Positions 40,070 to 53,860 of a stretch of DNA of 64,000 nt are shown here, one piece after another. The stretch is from contig NC_058368.1 of assembly GCF_018350175.1 (NCBI RefSeq), forward strand, positions 154,878,001-154,942,000, in the 5' to 3' direction. Position 1 is the stretch's first letter. The number at the start of each line of letters is the position of its first letter. The notes beneath the pieces were generated by a model that was not told where the DNA came from, did not search any database, and worked only from the letters and a program-made list of their open reading frames with translations. Both the position numbers and the translations under genes were made by a program. This stretch comes from Felis catus. Its lineage: Eukaryota.

Positions 40070-40225
40070 CAAAATCACTGAGTGGCACTGGGCAAATAAC
40101 CTCCTGTACTTCAGTTTTCAATCTGTAAGATGAGAATGATAATTGTAGGACTCACTTCATACTTGTTATCATAAAGATTAAATATAAAATACTTAGATGA
40201 TTGTCTGGCACAGATAGGACCTTGT
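40070..40225 (+). mobile_element. MIR
   Basis: ctgggcaaataacctcctgtacttcagttttcaatctgtaagatgagaatgataat. Confidence 0.75.
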
Positions 40226-40280
40226 AATTTTTTCTTACCATTACTGTACTTTGTACTGTTCTTTCTCATTGTACTTTGTG

Positions 40281-40514
40281 GTTTTTTCTTTTGTTTTTTT
40301 AAGTGCATTTATTTATTTTGAGAGAGAAAGAGAGTGAGTGCACTCACATAAATAGAATAGAAGCAGAGAGAGAGAGAGGGAGAGAGAATCTCAAGCAGGC
40401 TCCACACTATCAGCACAGAGCCCAAAGCAGGGTTTGAGATCACAAAATGTGAGATCATGACCAGAGCTGAAATTAAGAGTTGGACGCTTACCCACTGAGG
40501 CACCCAAGCACCCC
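40281..40514 (-). mobile_element. Can-SINE
   Basis: Ends ...gttggacgcttacccactgaggcacccaagcacccc; tgtactttgt repeated on both flanks. Confidence 0.92.
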
Positions 40515-43500
40515 ACCTCTGTACTTTGTAATATGTTTGTCTAATTTTACAAACCCAAGTATATTAAAATAATATATATATTTGATGTATTCCCAAAAGG
40601 TAAATTCCTTGAGATGGAGGTCTGTTTTCCTTCATTTTTATGCCACCAAAATTAATACTTTGTCTGGAAAATATTAGGCCCTGAATAAATATTTCTTTAA
40701 TGGTGGGTAGGGAAGCAAATGGAAAAACAAATGAATACATTTGTGGCCAAAACATCAGGTTGGATATTTCCTATTATAGTTCCTCTTTCTGGCTCCTAGC
40801 TTCATTCTTTAATTAGTTGTAATGTCTTTAAGAAGTATATACACTCGAGTTAAATTAGAACCAACGAAGATTATACCTCAGGTCAACAAAAAATATATTG
40901 AAACCCAATCATAAACAAGGCTCTTATTATTTCAGGGCAGTTTCCTCATTAATGACATGTTTGTCACAGAAGTCCTAAAGCATGGAAACTGATGCTATAA
41001 TTAGGACAGGCAGAATATTGGTCTTAACCTTAAGGGGAATATATTTAGTTTTGTGTGAAGGATCATGATTTAGTGTCTAAGTAAGAGCATTATCAAAATG
41101 TGATCACTAGGGACGAAAGCCGCTGTCTGTAAAACAGGTTATCAGTGCGAAGGTGGAAGCACATGACCTAAACAATTTAGCTGTTGTGCTTCTGAGACCT
41201 GTGGAAATGCCAAAGGCTAAGGGAATTCTCATATGTGATCCAGATTAATTTCAGAGCGGTTTTTAAAGTTTATGAAGAAATTACCTTTTCTTGTTTCCTC
41301 CTTTTAATCAAGCTATGGACTGTTTATACCACCGATTAATAGTTCTGACTTACTATACAGGTGTCATTAATGTGAAAAACAGCTCCTTCTGCATGATTCT
41401 GAAGGTGACAAATGCAATCTCAATAATGAACTTTCATAAAGTTCAACCGCTTTCAATTGAAATAAACATTGAAAATTACATCTTCCATATAAGCAGGGAG
41501 AAGAATTTAGGATAACTGTACGCTCATTGCAGAACGGCTATAGTGATATTTCAGCATGCAATTAAATGCTAAATATACAGAGAAAGACAATGTATTTTAT
41601 GTAATCATTGCTTGATTTTGTATTCAAATTAAAGGACAAAAAAAAAAGATTTTAGTCAGATAGTCTTTAAACATGGTTGTGTGTGTGGAAAAAAAATGAG
41701 TACAGAATTATCAAGGATGGTTTATATGCCCAGAAGTTGGTCATACTTTTTCTTTACCTACACACCCTAAAAGATGAATTGAATTTTACTCAATCTTCTA
41801 TTAAAGGGTCAGGCAAAATAAGTTTTCATATTGTTATTTACATAAAAGTAGAGAATGCTAGATCTTAAAGGGATCCTATAGCTCATCAATTCAATTCCCT
41901 TCTTTTTACTGAAAAGGAAGGGGGGATGAAATCAGTTATTAATAGATTTCCCCAAAATTACAGTTAATAACTGGTACAAAAAACCTCAATCCCAAGTTCA
42001 GTGCCTTTGAAATATAAAACTTTCTTCTGCAGACAAAGGTAAGCTTTGATTACCATAGAGTTGAGAACTTCAATTTAAAAAGATCTAACCTTGACGTGAA
42101 CACATTTCACTAGGAACCACCATGGGAAATCATATGCCATCCCAATACTCCCCTCTGTGAGTCACACTGTATAAAATGGAAGGGGATGGCAATACCTGAA
42201 TAAAAATAAATCAACTGTGAGCACGCTCTCACCCAAGACTAACATGAATCCACCTATTAAAGTATGAGAATAATTCCATACTAACTTAAGTCCCTCATGT
42301 GCACACCCTGATGCCCTCCACTGGGACCTCAGCCTCCCAATAATTCAGCAACCAAGGTATTAAGTACTAGCATGATAGGAATCTCTAAGACCCAACTCTG
42401 AAACTGGCTTCCATTCGTTCATTGTGTTCACAGTTGTTAAATATGTTAGTATTACCCCTGATCCACCTCCTCCCTCTCCCTTCTGTATGTGTAAAATGGC
42501 AGCCTTCAATTCAGGTATCCCAATACGTCCCTATTTACCTGAAGATAAACTAGGCTTAATAAATAAGTGCTATTCAACGCATTAGTAAGAATCAGATGTT
42601 TCAATGTCTAATGTTCCATTGAAAAGTCTGCTAATGTGTTACTCTGAAAAAGTCTAGGATAACTGTTGAAAGATTAAAAGACACTTACATTGAGAAATAA
42701 GACTCAAAGCAGATAGTCTAAGACTTCCACCACAAATTATTTTCTTGTGGTATGACACTGTGCCCTGAACCAGTGCTATCAACGTACATTGTTCCTGCTT
42801 CAATCCAATAGCATTGTGGACAAGTTAAGAGTCTTCAAAGGTAGAGGAAAAGTCTAATTCCTACCTCCAGGATTGCCCCTAAATCCTTTGAAAACTTAGA
42901 CCATCAAACTGATGAAACATTTATTTTAAAAAGTATTCAAAAATCTGTAGGGGAAAGTAGCCAATGAATATCTCCCCCTGTAAAAAAGAAAGATAACCGT
43001 GGAACCAAGTTGGGGCTTGAAATAAAACAGAAAGAGAAAATGAGGACTATAACACAATATTACATAAAAGGCAAACCAGCACAGAAGAGAGAAAATAATG
43101 TGTAACAGGGAGGGATCCAAACCAATGTAAACAACCGCAAAGGGTCTTACTGGCAGATTGTCAGACATAGAATTTGAGGATGACAGAAATATTTAATTGT
43201 AGAGTAATACTTAAATGATGTTTTACCTCAAGAAAATCATCCCAGTGAAGAATGTGAAAATGGTTGGGCAGCTGTGTCCACCCCTTCTAACAAAAGCCCA
43301 GCTGCAGGAAGAAAAGCCAGAAACAGAGAGGAGACAAAGAATAATGAATGAGAGGATGAAATCTAGAAAGAAAGAGAGAAATTAAAATGAGACAGTGAAA
43401 AATTAAGCTGCAACTCAGAAAGATAGGCCAGAAAAAAGGCTTTAAACAAACTGTAGTAAATGTAATTTAGAATGTTTTTAAACTCAACTACTGAAAATAA

Positions 43501-43809
43501 GTCTTTCTGGAAACTAATTTGTAAGACTGGCAAATACTTGGAATTCTTGTCCCACTGTAGAATAACCGAAAGATGGCCCCATGCACAAACCATGTGGGCC
43601 CTGGGTACACAAGGGCTATCTATGAAGTGCCTGTAACTGAGAAAATGGGTGAATGTTTGGATGTGTTTCTCTGGTTATCTGACTGAAACAAAATCCAAAG
43701 AATCCATAGTTCTCTGATATACGAGAAAGGAAAATACAACTCCATATAGAAATTATGGTAATGGTCCAGAGTCTTACAATTTTATAGTAAACAAATGTAG
43801 ACTAAGAGG

Positions 43810-44235
43810 GGCGACTCAGCACAATGGATGGGCTCAGCAAGCAGACTACCTATATTTGAAACCTGTTCTTTCAACGTTTATTTATTTTTGGGACAGAGAG
43901 AGAGACAGAGCATGAATGGGGGAGGGGCAGAGAGAGAGGGAGACACAGAATCAGAAACAGGCTCCAGGCTCTGAGCCATCAGCCCAGAGCCCGACGCGGG
44001 GCTCGAACTCACGGACCGCGAGATCGTGACCTGGCTGAAGTCGGATGCTTAGCCGACTGCGCCACCCAGGCGCCCCTATTTGAAACCTGTTCTACCTACT
44101 TCCTAGTTTTGCATCCTTACAAAGTTCCTTAACCCTTTTCAGCTTCAGGATCCTTGCAGCTAAAATGGGAATAATACTGATGCCTAAATGACAGGTTTAT
44201 GTTGAAGATTACATGAGCTAATCATTAGTACTGTG
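43810..44235 (+). mobile_element. MIR interrupted by a SINEC_Fc
   Basis: MIR sequence resumes after the TSD: ctacctacttcctag...ttccttaacc...taaaatgggaataata. Confidence 0.65.
43870..44076 (-). mobile_element. Very young SINEC_Fc
   Basis: CpG-rich near-consensus body; perfect 17-bp TSD tatttgaaacctgttct (43853-43869, 44077-44093). Confidence 0.98.
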
Positions 44236-44330
44236 TTTGCCAGACTCCCAATAAATGATAACTCTCATTATTTTGTGTATTCTGCATGCCGTCTTGGTAT
44301 ACTCCAAAAAGGTCTGCTTTGTTGTTGCTG

Positions 44331-44555
44331 TTTTTTTCTTAAATGTTTATTTATTTTTGAGAGAGAAAGAGAGAAAGAGAGACAGCATGCGCATGAGTGG
44401 GGGAGGGCAGAAAGAGGAAGACCCAGAATCCAAATCAGACTCCAGACTCTGGGCTGTCAGCACAGAGCCCAAGGTGGGGGTCCAACTCACAAACCACGAG
44501 ATCATGACCTGAGCCAAAGTCGGATGCTCAATTGACTGAGCCACCCAGGTACCCC
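44331..44555 (-). mobile_element. Can-SINE
   Basis: Ends ...gactgagccacccaggtacccc; tgctttg on both flanks. Confidence 0.93.
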
Positions 44556-44986
44556 TGCTTTGGTTTGTTTTATATTTAGTGCTTTGTTTTTAACACATAA
44601 AATATAAAAATCAGTAACTATTAAACAGCCTAATATGCCTGCAATGAGTTAATAAATAAATGTGTGTTGAGCACTTTTGCTAAGCTCACAGTGCAGTGGA
44701 TAATCAAATAGAAAAAGTATGGACCCTGCCCAAATTTGCTTATTAAGTGACCTATTCACAGAGTACATCTTAGCATTGTGGTAGGTAGTACAAAAATCTA
44801 AGTTGGATAGATATTAGAATGCAGGGTAAATCAGTGGGAACCAGGGTAGTTGGAGAAGGCTCTGGGGAGAAAGTAGAGACAAAGTAAGCTTCAGAGGATG
44901 CGCATGATCAAGACAGACACAAAGCAAAAAATGTGCTTCCTACTAAGAAAAATAATATTAGCAGTATTATGAGTGATTATGGAATA

Positions 44987-45346
44987 CAGTTAACCCTTGA
45001 AGGATGTGGAGGTAGGGGGACTGACTCATTGCAGAGTTGAAAATCCGCATACAATATTTGATACCCCCAATATTTTGATATAATATTTCATACCCAGTAT
45101 GCTACGAATTGCCTACTGTTGACCAGAAGTCTTTCCAATAACATAAAGAGTCAATTAACACAGAGTTTGTATGTTATATGTATTATATGCTGTTTTTTTA
45201 ATAAAGTCAGCTAGAGAAAAAGAAAATATTATTAAGAAAATCATAAGGAAGAGAAAATACATTTATGGTATGTACTGTATTTATCAAAAAGACCCACGTA
45301 TAAGTAACTCAGGTAGTTCAAACCCACGTTGTTCAAGTGTCAACGG
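44987..45346. mobile_element. Tigger2a-like MITE
   Basis: TA|cagttaacccttgaa ... gttcaagtgtcaacgg|TA terminal inverted repeats with TA TSD. Confidence 0.85.
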
Positions 45347-45906
45347 TATACTGGAGACTGGCTGGACTAAATGAATGGAGATTTCTGAATGGAGAAAAAA
45401 AGGGGCGATGGGTTATTTTATAGAGTTGGGGTAGACCATGGAGGGCTTGAAGAGCAAGAGGAATTTTCACTTGAGATAGTAGAAGATAAGGATTGAATGT
45501 TGTAAAGCGAAGTGATAAAAACAGTGTTTCATAAAGACGGGTCTTGTTAAGGTATGCAGGCAGATCAAAATCAGGAGAGACAGGTGTAAGAAGGCTCAGA
45601 TGATAGTGCAGTTATCTAGGTGCGACCCGATGCCACACCGACTCAGGTTGGACAGAGAGAAATGGAGGTTTTACTGCGAGTGAAATGGCAGTCACTAGAG
45701 GGCTTTGAGCAAAGGAGTGAAATTATATGATTTATCTTTTAGTAAATCTCTCTGACTGTTCAGTTTAGAATACATTGGAAGGGTCAAGAGGGGGAACAGG
45801 AACACCTGATTGGACCCCATTTAAATAGTTCAGGGGGAAAAAATCCTGGTGGCTTGGATCTCGTATAAGTGGAAGAGGTGAGTAGTTACAATCATTATAT
45901 TGTGAA

Positions 45907-46061
45907 CAGGTTCCATAGGCATGTATCCTAGGCTGTCATGAAGGACTCTATCTCTGATTCAATGCTCTACTGCCATAGTCTTGAAATTCTTAATAAGTTT
46001 TTAACAAATGGCCCTATATGTTCATTTGTACCAGGTGCTACAAAGTATGTAGATAGTCCTG
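45907..46061. mobile_element. MER91-like hAT MITE
   Basis: cagg...cctg ends; core tcttgaaattcttaataa; 8-bp TSD attgtgaa/attatgag. Confidence 0.75.
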
Positions 46062-47373
46062 ATTATGAGTTTAAAGATAAGAGGATTTACTGATGTATTG
46101 GAGTTGGGAGTATATGAGAAAGAAAGAAATCAATGATTACTCTGAGGTGTTTGGCCTGAATATTTGGAAGAATGGATTTTGTGAGATGGAAAAGACCGCA
46201 GAAAGCATAGAATTATTGAGGAAGGATCAGCAGCTTAGTATTGGACATACATAAGGTTTTAGATGTTTATTAAGCATCCAAGTACATATATCTGGGGTTA
46301 AAAGAGGTGTTTCAGGCAGAAGATGTAAGTCTGAAGTGATCAATAGCATTTGGAAGTCATTAACCTGAAAGAGAACATCTGTGTAAGGAGGAGAAATATG
46401 GAAGAAAAGTCTAAGTGCTGAGCTAGAAAGCAATCCAACCTAGAAATGGCAGGTGATGAGGCACCAGCATAGGTGACTAGGCATGATTAGTCATAAAGAT
46501 ATCAGAACAGTCAGATGATTGTATTATACTGGAAACCAAAGAAAGAAAATATATCCAGAAAAAGCTGATGGTAGTTCAAGTAAAAAGAGAGTTGGGATAC
46601 GAGCAGTGACTTTAATGAACAACATGGAAGTCATCAGTGACATGGAGAGGTGGAGGCAAAAAAAAGCCTGAGTAGGTTGTATTCAAGAGAGTAAGAGAGG
46701 AGAGGACTTGTCATCTATAAGTATAAACAACTCTGAAGAATTTTGCTATAAGCAATGCAAGAGGCAGCTGGAAAGGAAAGTAGAGGTTGGTACCATGGAG
46801 AGGGAAGGAAGTCTGGATGATCCAGGTCAAAAAATGAAATGTGATTTTAGATTAACAGCTCAATTTTAGGTGCATGGAGTCTGAGATTGTGGTGAGCCAA
46901 ATGGAAATGTCCAGTTGGCATCTAGAAATGTAGGGATAAATATAGTCTGAGGAAACAGAATTGAAATTATCCATAGTTTAAATTTTTTTCACACATAAGT
47001 GCATTTGGGGCTATAAAAATGCATTTGCCTGGAATAAAACTATATAGAGAACAATAGAGAATTGAAGATACCAATATTCTGAGTAAAGTAATAAAACAAA
47101 GTCAAAAGCACTGGGCTACTTTCCCAACTTTAACTCCATTTAGGTGTAGATGTATTTCCAGTGGCAAATTAAGGCAATTATCTGAATAATTAAATACTGA
47201 CACAAAAGCTTTAGTCCAAATTAGCTAGATATTTAACATAAAAACAGTCTCTATTATATATGAGAAAGTCTATTATTGGATTCACTTTTTTCTGCTTTGC
47301 TCAGTCTACATAGAGAGGTTACAGGTGATTTACATTCTGTAAGGAATATTGTTTAAAAATGAAACAAGTGGCA

Positions 47374-47595
47374 GGGGGCGCTTAGGCGACTCAGTTAGTT
47401 GAGGGTCTAACTTGGGCTCAGGTCATGATATCACAGTTTGTGACTTCAAGTGTGGTGTCCAGCTCTGGGCTGACAGCTCAGAGCCGGGAGCCTGCTTCAG
47501 ATTCTGTGTCTCCCTCGCTCTCTGCCCCTCCCCCCCCTTTCTCTCTCTCTCTCTCTCAAAAAATAAACATTTAAAAACAATTAAAAAATAAAAAC
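47374..47595 (+). mobile_element. Can-SINE (first of tandem pair)
   Basis: gggggcgcttaggcgactcagttagttgag...(CT)n, A-tail. Confidence 0.92.
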
Positions 47596-47605
47596 AAAAC
47601 AAGTA

Positions 47606-47862
47606 GGGCACCTGGGTGGCTCAATGGGTTAAGGGACTGACTTCAACTCCATGGCTCATGATTTCGAGCCCTGTGGTGAGCCCCACATCCAGCCTGGCAT
47701 GGAGCCTGGCATTGAGCCCCACATGGGGTTCTTCGCTGATAGCACAGAGCTTGCTTGGGATTTTCTGTCTCCCTTTCTATCTCTGCCCCTCCCCTACACG
47801 TATGCTCTCTCCCTCTCTCTCTCTCAAAAATAAACATTTAAAAAATAAAAAAAAAAATAAAG
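47606..47862 (+). mobile_element. Can-SINE (second of tandem pair) with internal duplications
   Basis: gggcacctgggtggctcaatgggttaag...; A-tail. Confidence 0.9.
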
Positions 47863-49589
47863 TAAAACAAGCTAAAACTCACTACCTGCTAAATGACATC
47901 AAGGACTTCATCATCTACTTGGATTACCATATCCCTAAATATCGGACTTCTAGAATGAGATGAAGGACTAAACCAGACAACATAATTGGGGCTAACACAT
48001 ACTATTTGTCAAAATGTGTGTAAGTATCAATGAAGGCAACTGAGCAGCAATGATTGCTTTTCACTAAGGATTCAGCAAAATCCTCACATTTCTGGCCTAA
48101 TGCGCCTTGTAACCTTTAAAACCAAATCAAAGGGGTAATAGCTTTCCAAGCAAAAACACCACACACACGTGCACACATGCAAAAGAAAATGAAGGCCAGG
48201 CAAACAGCCCTAGAAGCGGAAGGGAAATTTGGGCCTTGTTCATAGCAGGAGCAAAGTCAGTCACGTTACTCACTGAAATGACACTGATGGCACCTACTCA
48301 CACCTCAGCAGGTGCACACTGCTCAGAGCAAACACAACAGTTCAGATCTGGGGTGTTGGAGGCTCATGTTTCTCTTTGTTTTCCAAGATGATCCCGCTGA
48401 CAATGATTACTGTCTACGGATTGTAATCTAAGAAGCATTATATGGAAACATAAGAAATGTCACATTGGAACTGACAAACGAGCCTTCTTATGGCTCTGAC
48501 AGTGGCACCAAGGGACGCTTTGTGGCAGAGCGTGAATGTTACTCTAGCAACCAAAAGAATATTATTACTTTTTTTACCTCAAACAAGTTCTCCCCCCACT
48601 TTTTAAGGCATTTCAATAAAGAGCTCAAGAAGAGGAACCTGGGAAGCCAGCCAGAAGAATGTGCTCGGCGTAGCCCTCTTTCTCTGGGCCCCAGAAGGTG
48701 GCAATAACAGCTTCCCTTCCGCGCCTTGGGGGAATGCCTTGGGAAACAGGGAATTTTCACCAGGAAAAACCAGCACATCATAGTTCTTCTATGCACAGAG
48801 TGTTCTCTCTAATGTCATCGGCTAAGCATACGTGATAGCTATAGTTTTTCAGATATCCAACAAAAGATTCCCCCAAAACCTTATTTCTGCTCACCTCTGA
48901 CCTTGGCCTGGGCATTCACAACAATTGCAACCAGACTTTCTCAGCCCAGATTCCTCATCTGAGCCACAGAACTCAGAAAGTAATCCAAGGGACAAAATTA
49001 GCATCTTTCTGAAAGCAGGAGGCAAGTTCATTTATTATATACAGAGGATGCTTTAGGGCATGAGTGCCCCTCCTGAGAAAAGCTGGCTGGATTGTGGTTG
49101 GGTCTGAGAGGGGAGATCCCAGAAGGCAAATGATGGATGTTGAGAGACAGAAACTCTCTTTCCAGGTGGCAATGAGGAAGCCTGGAACCAATGGTGAGTA
49201 TGTTCCTTAGCTATATGAAGGTGTCTGTCTGCATAGGAGGGAATGAGACCACTTTACGAGGAGCAGGGTAGACCAGTGAGAGTGAAAGGCAGAGCCAGAG
49301 GCCATGAGAGACCTGACAGTATTGTTAGAGTCTCTGAACTCAAGAGACCCAAATCCAGATCCACTCATGAATTCACTGGTCACATGAGCCGATGGATTGT
49401 ATTTTTCCTAAAACTATTTTGCAATGGTTTCTGCCACACACAAATGAAGAGTCGTGAATAGTATCAGAGGAATGTATAATAATAGTCCATCAACAAAAGA
49501 AAAAATGTAAATTAAATATTAAAACCATCAGGTAAAAACAACAAAGGTGTACCTTTTCCCCTCTTAGCCTAATTTCCTTTTTATTAATA

Positions 49590-49820
49590 CTAATAACTCC
49601 AATATTGTGTGTACCTACCATGTACAGACATTCTGCTAGAGGTTTTATAATAATTGGCCTGTGGCAATTCTATGAAGCAAGAATCATATTCATTTTAGGA
49701 CACTGAAGGTCAAAGAAATTATACAATTTGTATAAAACTACAATTTTAGCAGCTACTAAATAGAGGTGAGATTTGGCTCAAATTTTATCTGAAATCTAGG
49801 CTTTTAATCACTGAATTATA
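49590..49820 (-). mobile_element. MIR
   Basis: tacctaccatgtacagacattctgctaga...cactgaaggtcaaaga. Confidence 0.55.
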
Positions 49821-50927
49821 TTAGCAGGCCCATAGATACTAAAAATATGTCTGTGCATCACAACAGCTATTGGCTGTCTGCTCAGCAATTTTTCCATCTC
49901 CCTTCTAGTAACAGAAAAGAAAATAATAGTAATATCTAAGTTAGTAAAGATGAAGGTTAGACTTAGAGGAGAAAAAAAAAGGATAGCACTTAAATTGACA
50001 TCAAAGCTATAAATTTGTAAACATATTGTAGAAGATCATATCAGGAGCTATAAAAAGTTTAGCTCAAACCCTGTGACTGAGTAATTCTACTTTTTACTTA
50101 AAGGAAATCAAAATATAAAGTAATCGAGAAGCACAGGGACATTTGTTACAAAATTGTTGTAACTTAAACAATGTACTTAAAAATCAAGTGTCCATGAAGA
50201 GGATTAAGCAGTTTACATAAATTATAGTCATACTTATAATTATGACATGTGCTTATGATATACTGTGACTTTGTAGTGCTCTGAAAGTACCTTTGATATA
50301 ATGAGTAAAACTAGGATATAAAATTTTTACATAAATGTAAAACTTTCAAATATTTATTTAAAAAAAGACTAAATCAATGCCAAAATCTGCTAGTGTTATT
50401 TTTAGGGTGTTAGAATTGGGGGGAGTATAATCAGTAGAAATGAGAAAACTTTTAAGAGCATCATTGTTGTTTTAGAAGAATCCAGTTTCAGTTAATTTTA
50501 TTTTTATTTTACTTATTGGCATTAAAAGAATGTTTTCCTTTTCTCAGAAGGTTTCTAAAAATATTAACTACTTACATTTGTGACATAGGCCCTAAAATTC
50601 CATTAATATCCCTACCAGACAGGGAGGTCCTTAAAGGACCAAATACATTATAGGTGCTCAGCAAATACTTAATAAATGAATTGAACCATTACAGAACTCA
50701 ATGGAAATATAAAAGACACCTACAGGAGATAAAATTGGTGGGAGGGGGGGACATAATGTTAAGCTATTTTCTTTGGATACTTCACCCAATTAAATGCATA
50801 ATCAGCGGGCATGGCGGGGGTGAGGGGGGGAGTGTGGGGGTGGAGTTTGTAAAGTATGGTATAGTTCAAACAGCTCTACTTGTCCACAGTAGTCTTCAAT
50901 ATTTCATTCATCAGACATTTATTGATT

Positions 50928-51033
50928 GGAATATCATATTATTATCCTGAGACACTTGTGAAAATTAAAGGAGGTATCGTTAATAATTAATGTGTCGAGA
51001 CCACAGGAGTAAACCAGGACATATGGTCACCCT
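50928..51033. mobile_element. MER81-like hAT-Blackjack MITE (partial)
   Basis: taataatta...taaaccaggacatatggtcaccct terminus. Confidence 0.6.
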
Positions 51034-51189
51034 ATTTATTGAGCATTTTTGGTGCAGAAACTGAGGCAGGCACTCTGAAAGTCATTAAGGCATGGGTCCT
51101 TCTACAGAAAAAGTTCTGTTATTTCTATGAATATATATTTTCTTTATTGTAAAACTACTTTCTCAAGTCATGTAATATCTTTTGTCTCT

Positions 51190-51690
51190 TCACTCAACAA
51201 ATGTTTTTTATGTAACTACTGTATGCCTGCGAGCCTCTAGAAACTGGAATACAGCAGCAAATGAAAGAACAAAATCCTTAGTCACTCCTACATTCCAGGG
51301 GAATTTTATAACAAAAGAATAAATAAAAAGCAAGTCTCATCTATTGACATCAGATAGTGCGAAGTGGTTAGGAAAAGCAAAAGACCAGGCAGACTATTTC
51401 AAATGGGTGGTGGAGGGGGGAGGTACAGTTTTAGATGGGGTAAGCAAGAAGGAGCTCCCTATGAAGAAGGTATTTGATACAAGAGTTGCAGAAAAAATGA
51501 GGAATAAGCCATGACTACATGAGGGGGAAAGCATTCCCGGCAAAGGGAAGAGCAATTGTAGAAACCCTGAGGCAGCAGGGAATGACGAACCCTGAAAAAA
51601 ACCAATGTGAGTGAAGTGACCAGTGGGGACAGTGAATTTAGAGGGATGACCCAGTATCAGACCATCAGGCAGACCTTTAAGAAGTACTGA
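51190..51690 (-). mobile_element. L2 fragment
   Basis: cactcaacaaatgt...ggggaaagcattcccggcaaagggaagagcaattgtagaaaccctgaggcag. Confidence 0.7.
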
Positions 51691-52184
51691 AATGTATTTA
51701 ATAAATTTAAATATACCTTATCTATAGATATGTCTTTTATATATTTCCATTATAACCCAGTTCAGCGTTTATCACCCAGATTCATGTTCTAATGCTGTTG
51801 GACTGCCTAATAACATCACTGATTATTTCAATTGCCAATTTTGGAAAGTTTGTTCAATTTTGGATTTCCACGACAAAACTGTATGTAATGTTGTAGTTTT
51901 CTTGGTGTATGTCCACCATGATTTTATAAAGGGGACCACAACCACAACTGCTTAGAGCATAGACAAACAAAAGATGTTTTCAGGGAGAATTTTTTCATTG
52001 GTTTTCTTCTACATCATCAGTGCAGACTGACTTTTAGTTTTGTTTCCATTTTTAATTTTAAAACCAATGCCCTTTTTATTGCCTTTACCCAGGATGGGTT
52101 CATCACAGTTCATTCTTTGGTGTGCCAATGTATACAACTCATAAACACTTTAAATGTATAAAGCTCCAGCTTTATATATTTAAC

Positions 52185-52970
52185 TGACTCCTTAAGACAC
52201 ATCCACTGGGTCCTACCACATGCACTTTGACTTCCACAAATTCAAACTCATGTGACCTCTTTCCCCTCTCTCACCAAGTCCACCCCAAAACTCTTCTCTT
52301 ATTTTGAATCATGCGGGGCGGGGGGTGGGGGGGGAGGCAATTACTCAGTCGTCCGACCCAGAAACCCAGAAGTCAAACTCATTTCTCACCCATGACTAAA
52401 TTCCATATGTAATCAACCCCCCAAATCTATTGACTTCACTTCCAAAAATGTTCACATCTACTGGATCCTTGACAGTCAATAGCATACAACGGGACTACTC
52501 AGTAGCCTCCTTCTCGGCCTCCCAAAATCTAATTCTTCTTACTCTGCTCCAACTTTCACCTTCAATTTATTTTTCACTCTATTGTTAGGGTGATCTTCTC
52601 AATATGCAAATCTGATCGGCCCCAAATGCTTCAGTAGCTTCCAATGACAACAGGCTCTTCAAGGTACTAACAATGCCCTGAAGGCGCCCTGCCCCAACTC
52701 TCCAAACTCACTTCTAATCATTTCCCCCTCATGCTTTAAGCTCCAGCCATACCAAATGCTCTCCTGAGTGTCTGAACATGTTGTTCCCTCTATCTAGAAT
52801 GCAATTTAGAACTTCAAGTCTTAGTTCAAATGATAGTCCTAAGAATCTTTCCCTTTCACTGGCCCTTACCCCAGGGGTTATCTTATGTTCCAAGTCAGTC
52901 TTGTCTGTTCAGTAAACGGGAAGCTCTTTGAAGGCAGGGGAATGTGCCTTCCTCAGTGCCTGACATAATT
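52185..52970 (+). mobile_element. L2 fragment
   Basis: gtgatcttctcaatatgcaaatctgatc...gctccagccatacc...gaagctctttgaaggcaggg. Confidence 0.7.
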
Positions 52971-53860
52971 ATAATATTCTAGAAATAAAATTCTGAAAAC
53001 ATCAAATAAATGCACTTTCTGCTACTAACACTAAGCTATGAGGTTATTACCCCCAGAAAGTGAGGGTAATTTCAAGGAAAGTCATGGGAGGAAGAAAAGA
53101 ATATAACAAAGACAAGTTCTTACATGAAAAGAAGACAAAGGGAATAATTACTTTGGTTCAAGGGAGAGAGGAAAGATGTGAGATCAGGACTAAATGCTAG
53201 GCTCCTCACCCCGGTTCAAATTCAGGGGCTAATAGAAATATCTATGTATAGTGAGGGGAGGTCAACTGATAGGACATTATGGAAACCCCAGATAGTCTGA
53301 AGTGACACCCATGACATTCAGGAAAGGGTTTGTCCTCTCTTTAGTGTCCCATCAAGAGCAGAGAGAAAGGCAGCCGAATGGCACTGGTGGAAGGAAAATT
53401 TTTAGTCGATGATTCTGAAATGGCATATTAAATATTTATATTGGAATATGTCATTTTTATAGAGTGACAATAGCAGACTAGGATTCCTTTTACAGAAGAT
53501 ATATAAGAGAATTAGGTGGACAAAACTTAGGTTAAAAGTTTTTTTTTTCTTATAAAATACATAAAGCATGAAAACAGGGAGGTGAAACCATAGAAGACTC
53601 TCCTGATAAATGGAAAATTTTTCAGTCAAAAATTCCAGTCACCATTTTTGTCCATGATACATGTTTGAATTCTAGGGTCCAAGCTGACATTTCAGAAAAG
53701 TTTATATTGCAATTGCTACCAGAAATCTCATTTATACTTGAATCATATTTATACATATAAATCATTGTTCTGCCACCCAATTATTAATACAACCAAATAT
53801 ATTGGAAAAACCCATTACATTATGTTACAAAGTATTTATGACTTACTTTTTAATCTCTCT

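Larger units (their letters stand above)
44660..46760 (-). mobile_element. Long L2 region interrupted by DNA transposons
   Basis: Repeated L2 motifs (gagggctttgagcaaaggagtga; aggatttactgatgtattgga; tttggcctgaatatttggaagaatgg; catggaagtcatcagtgac). Confidence 0.75.
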
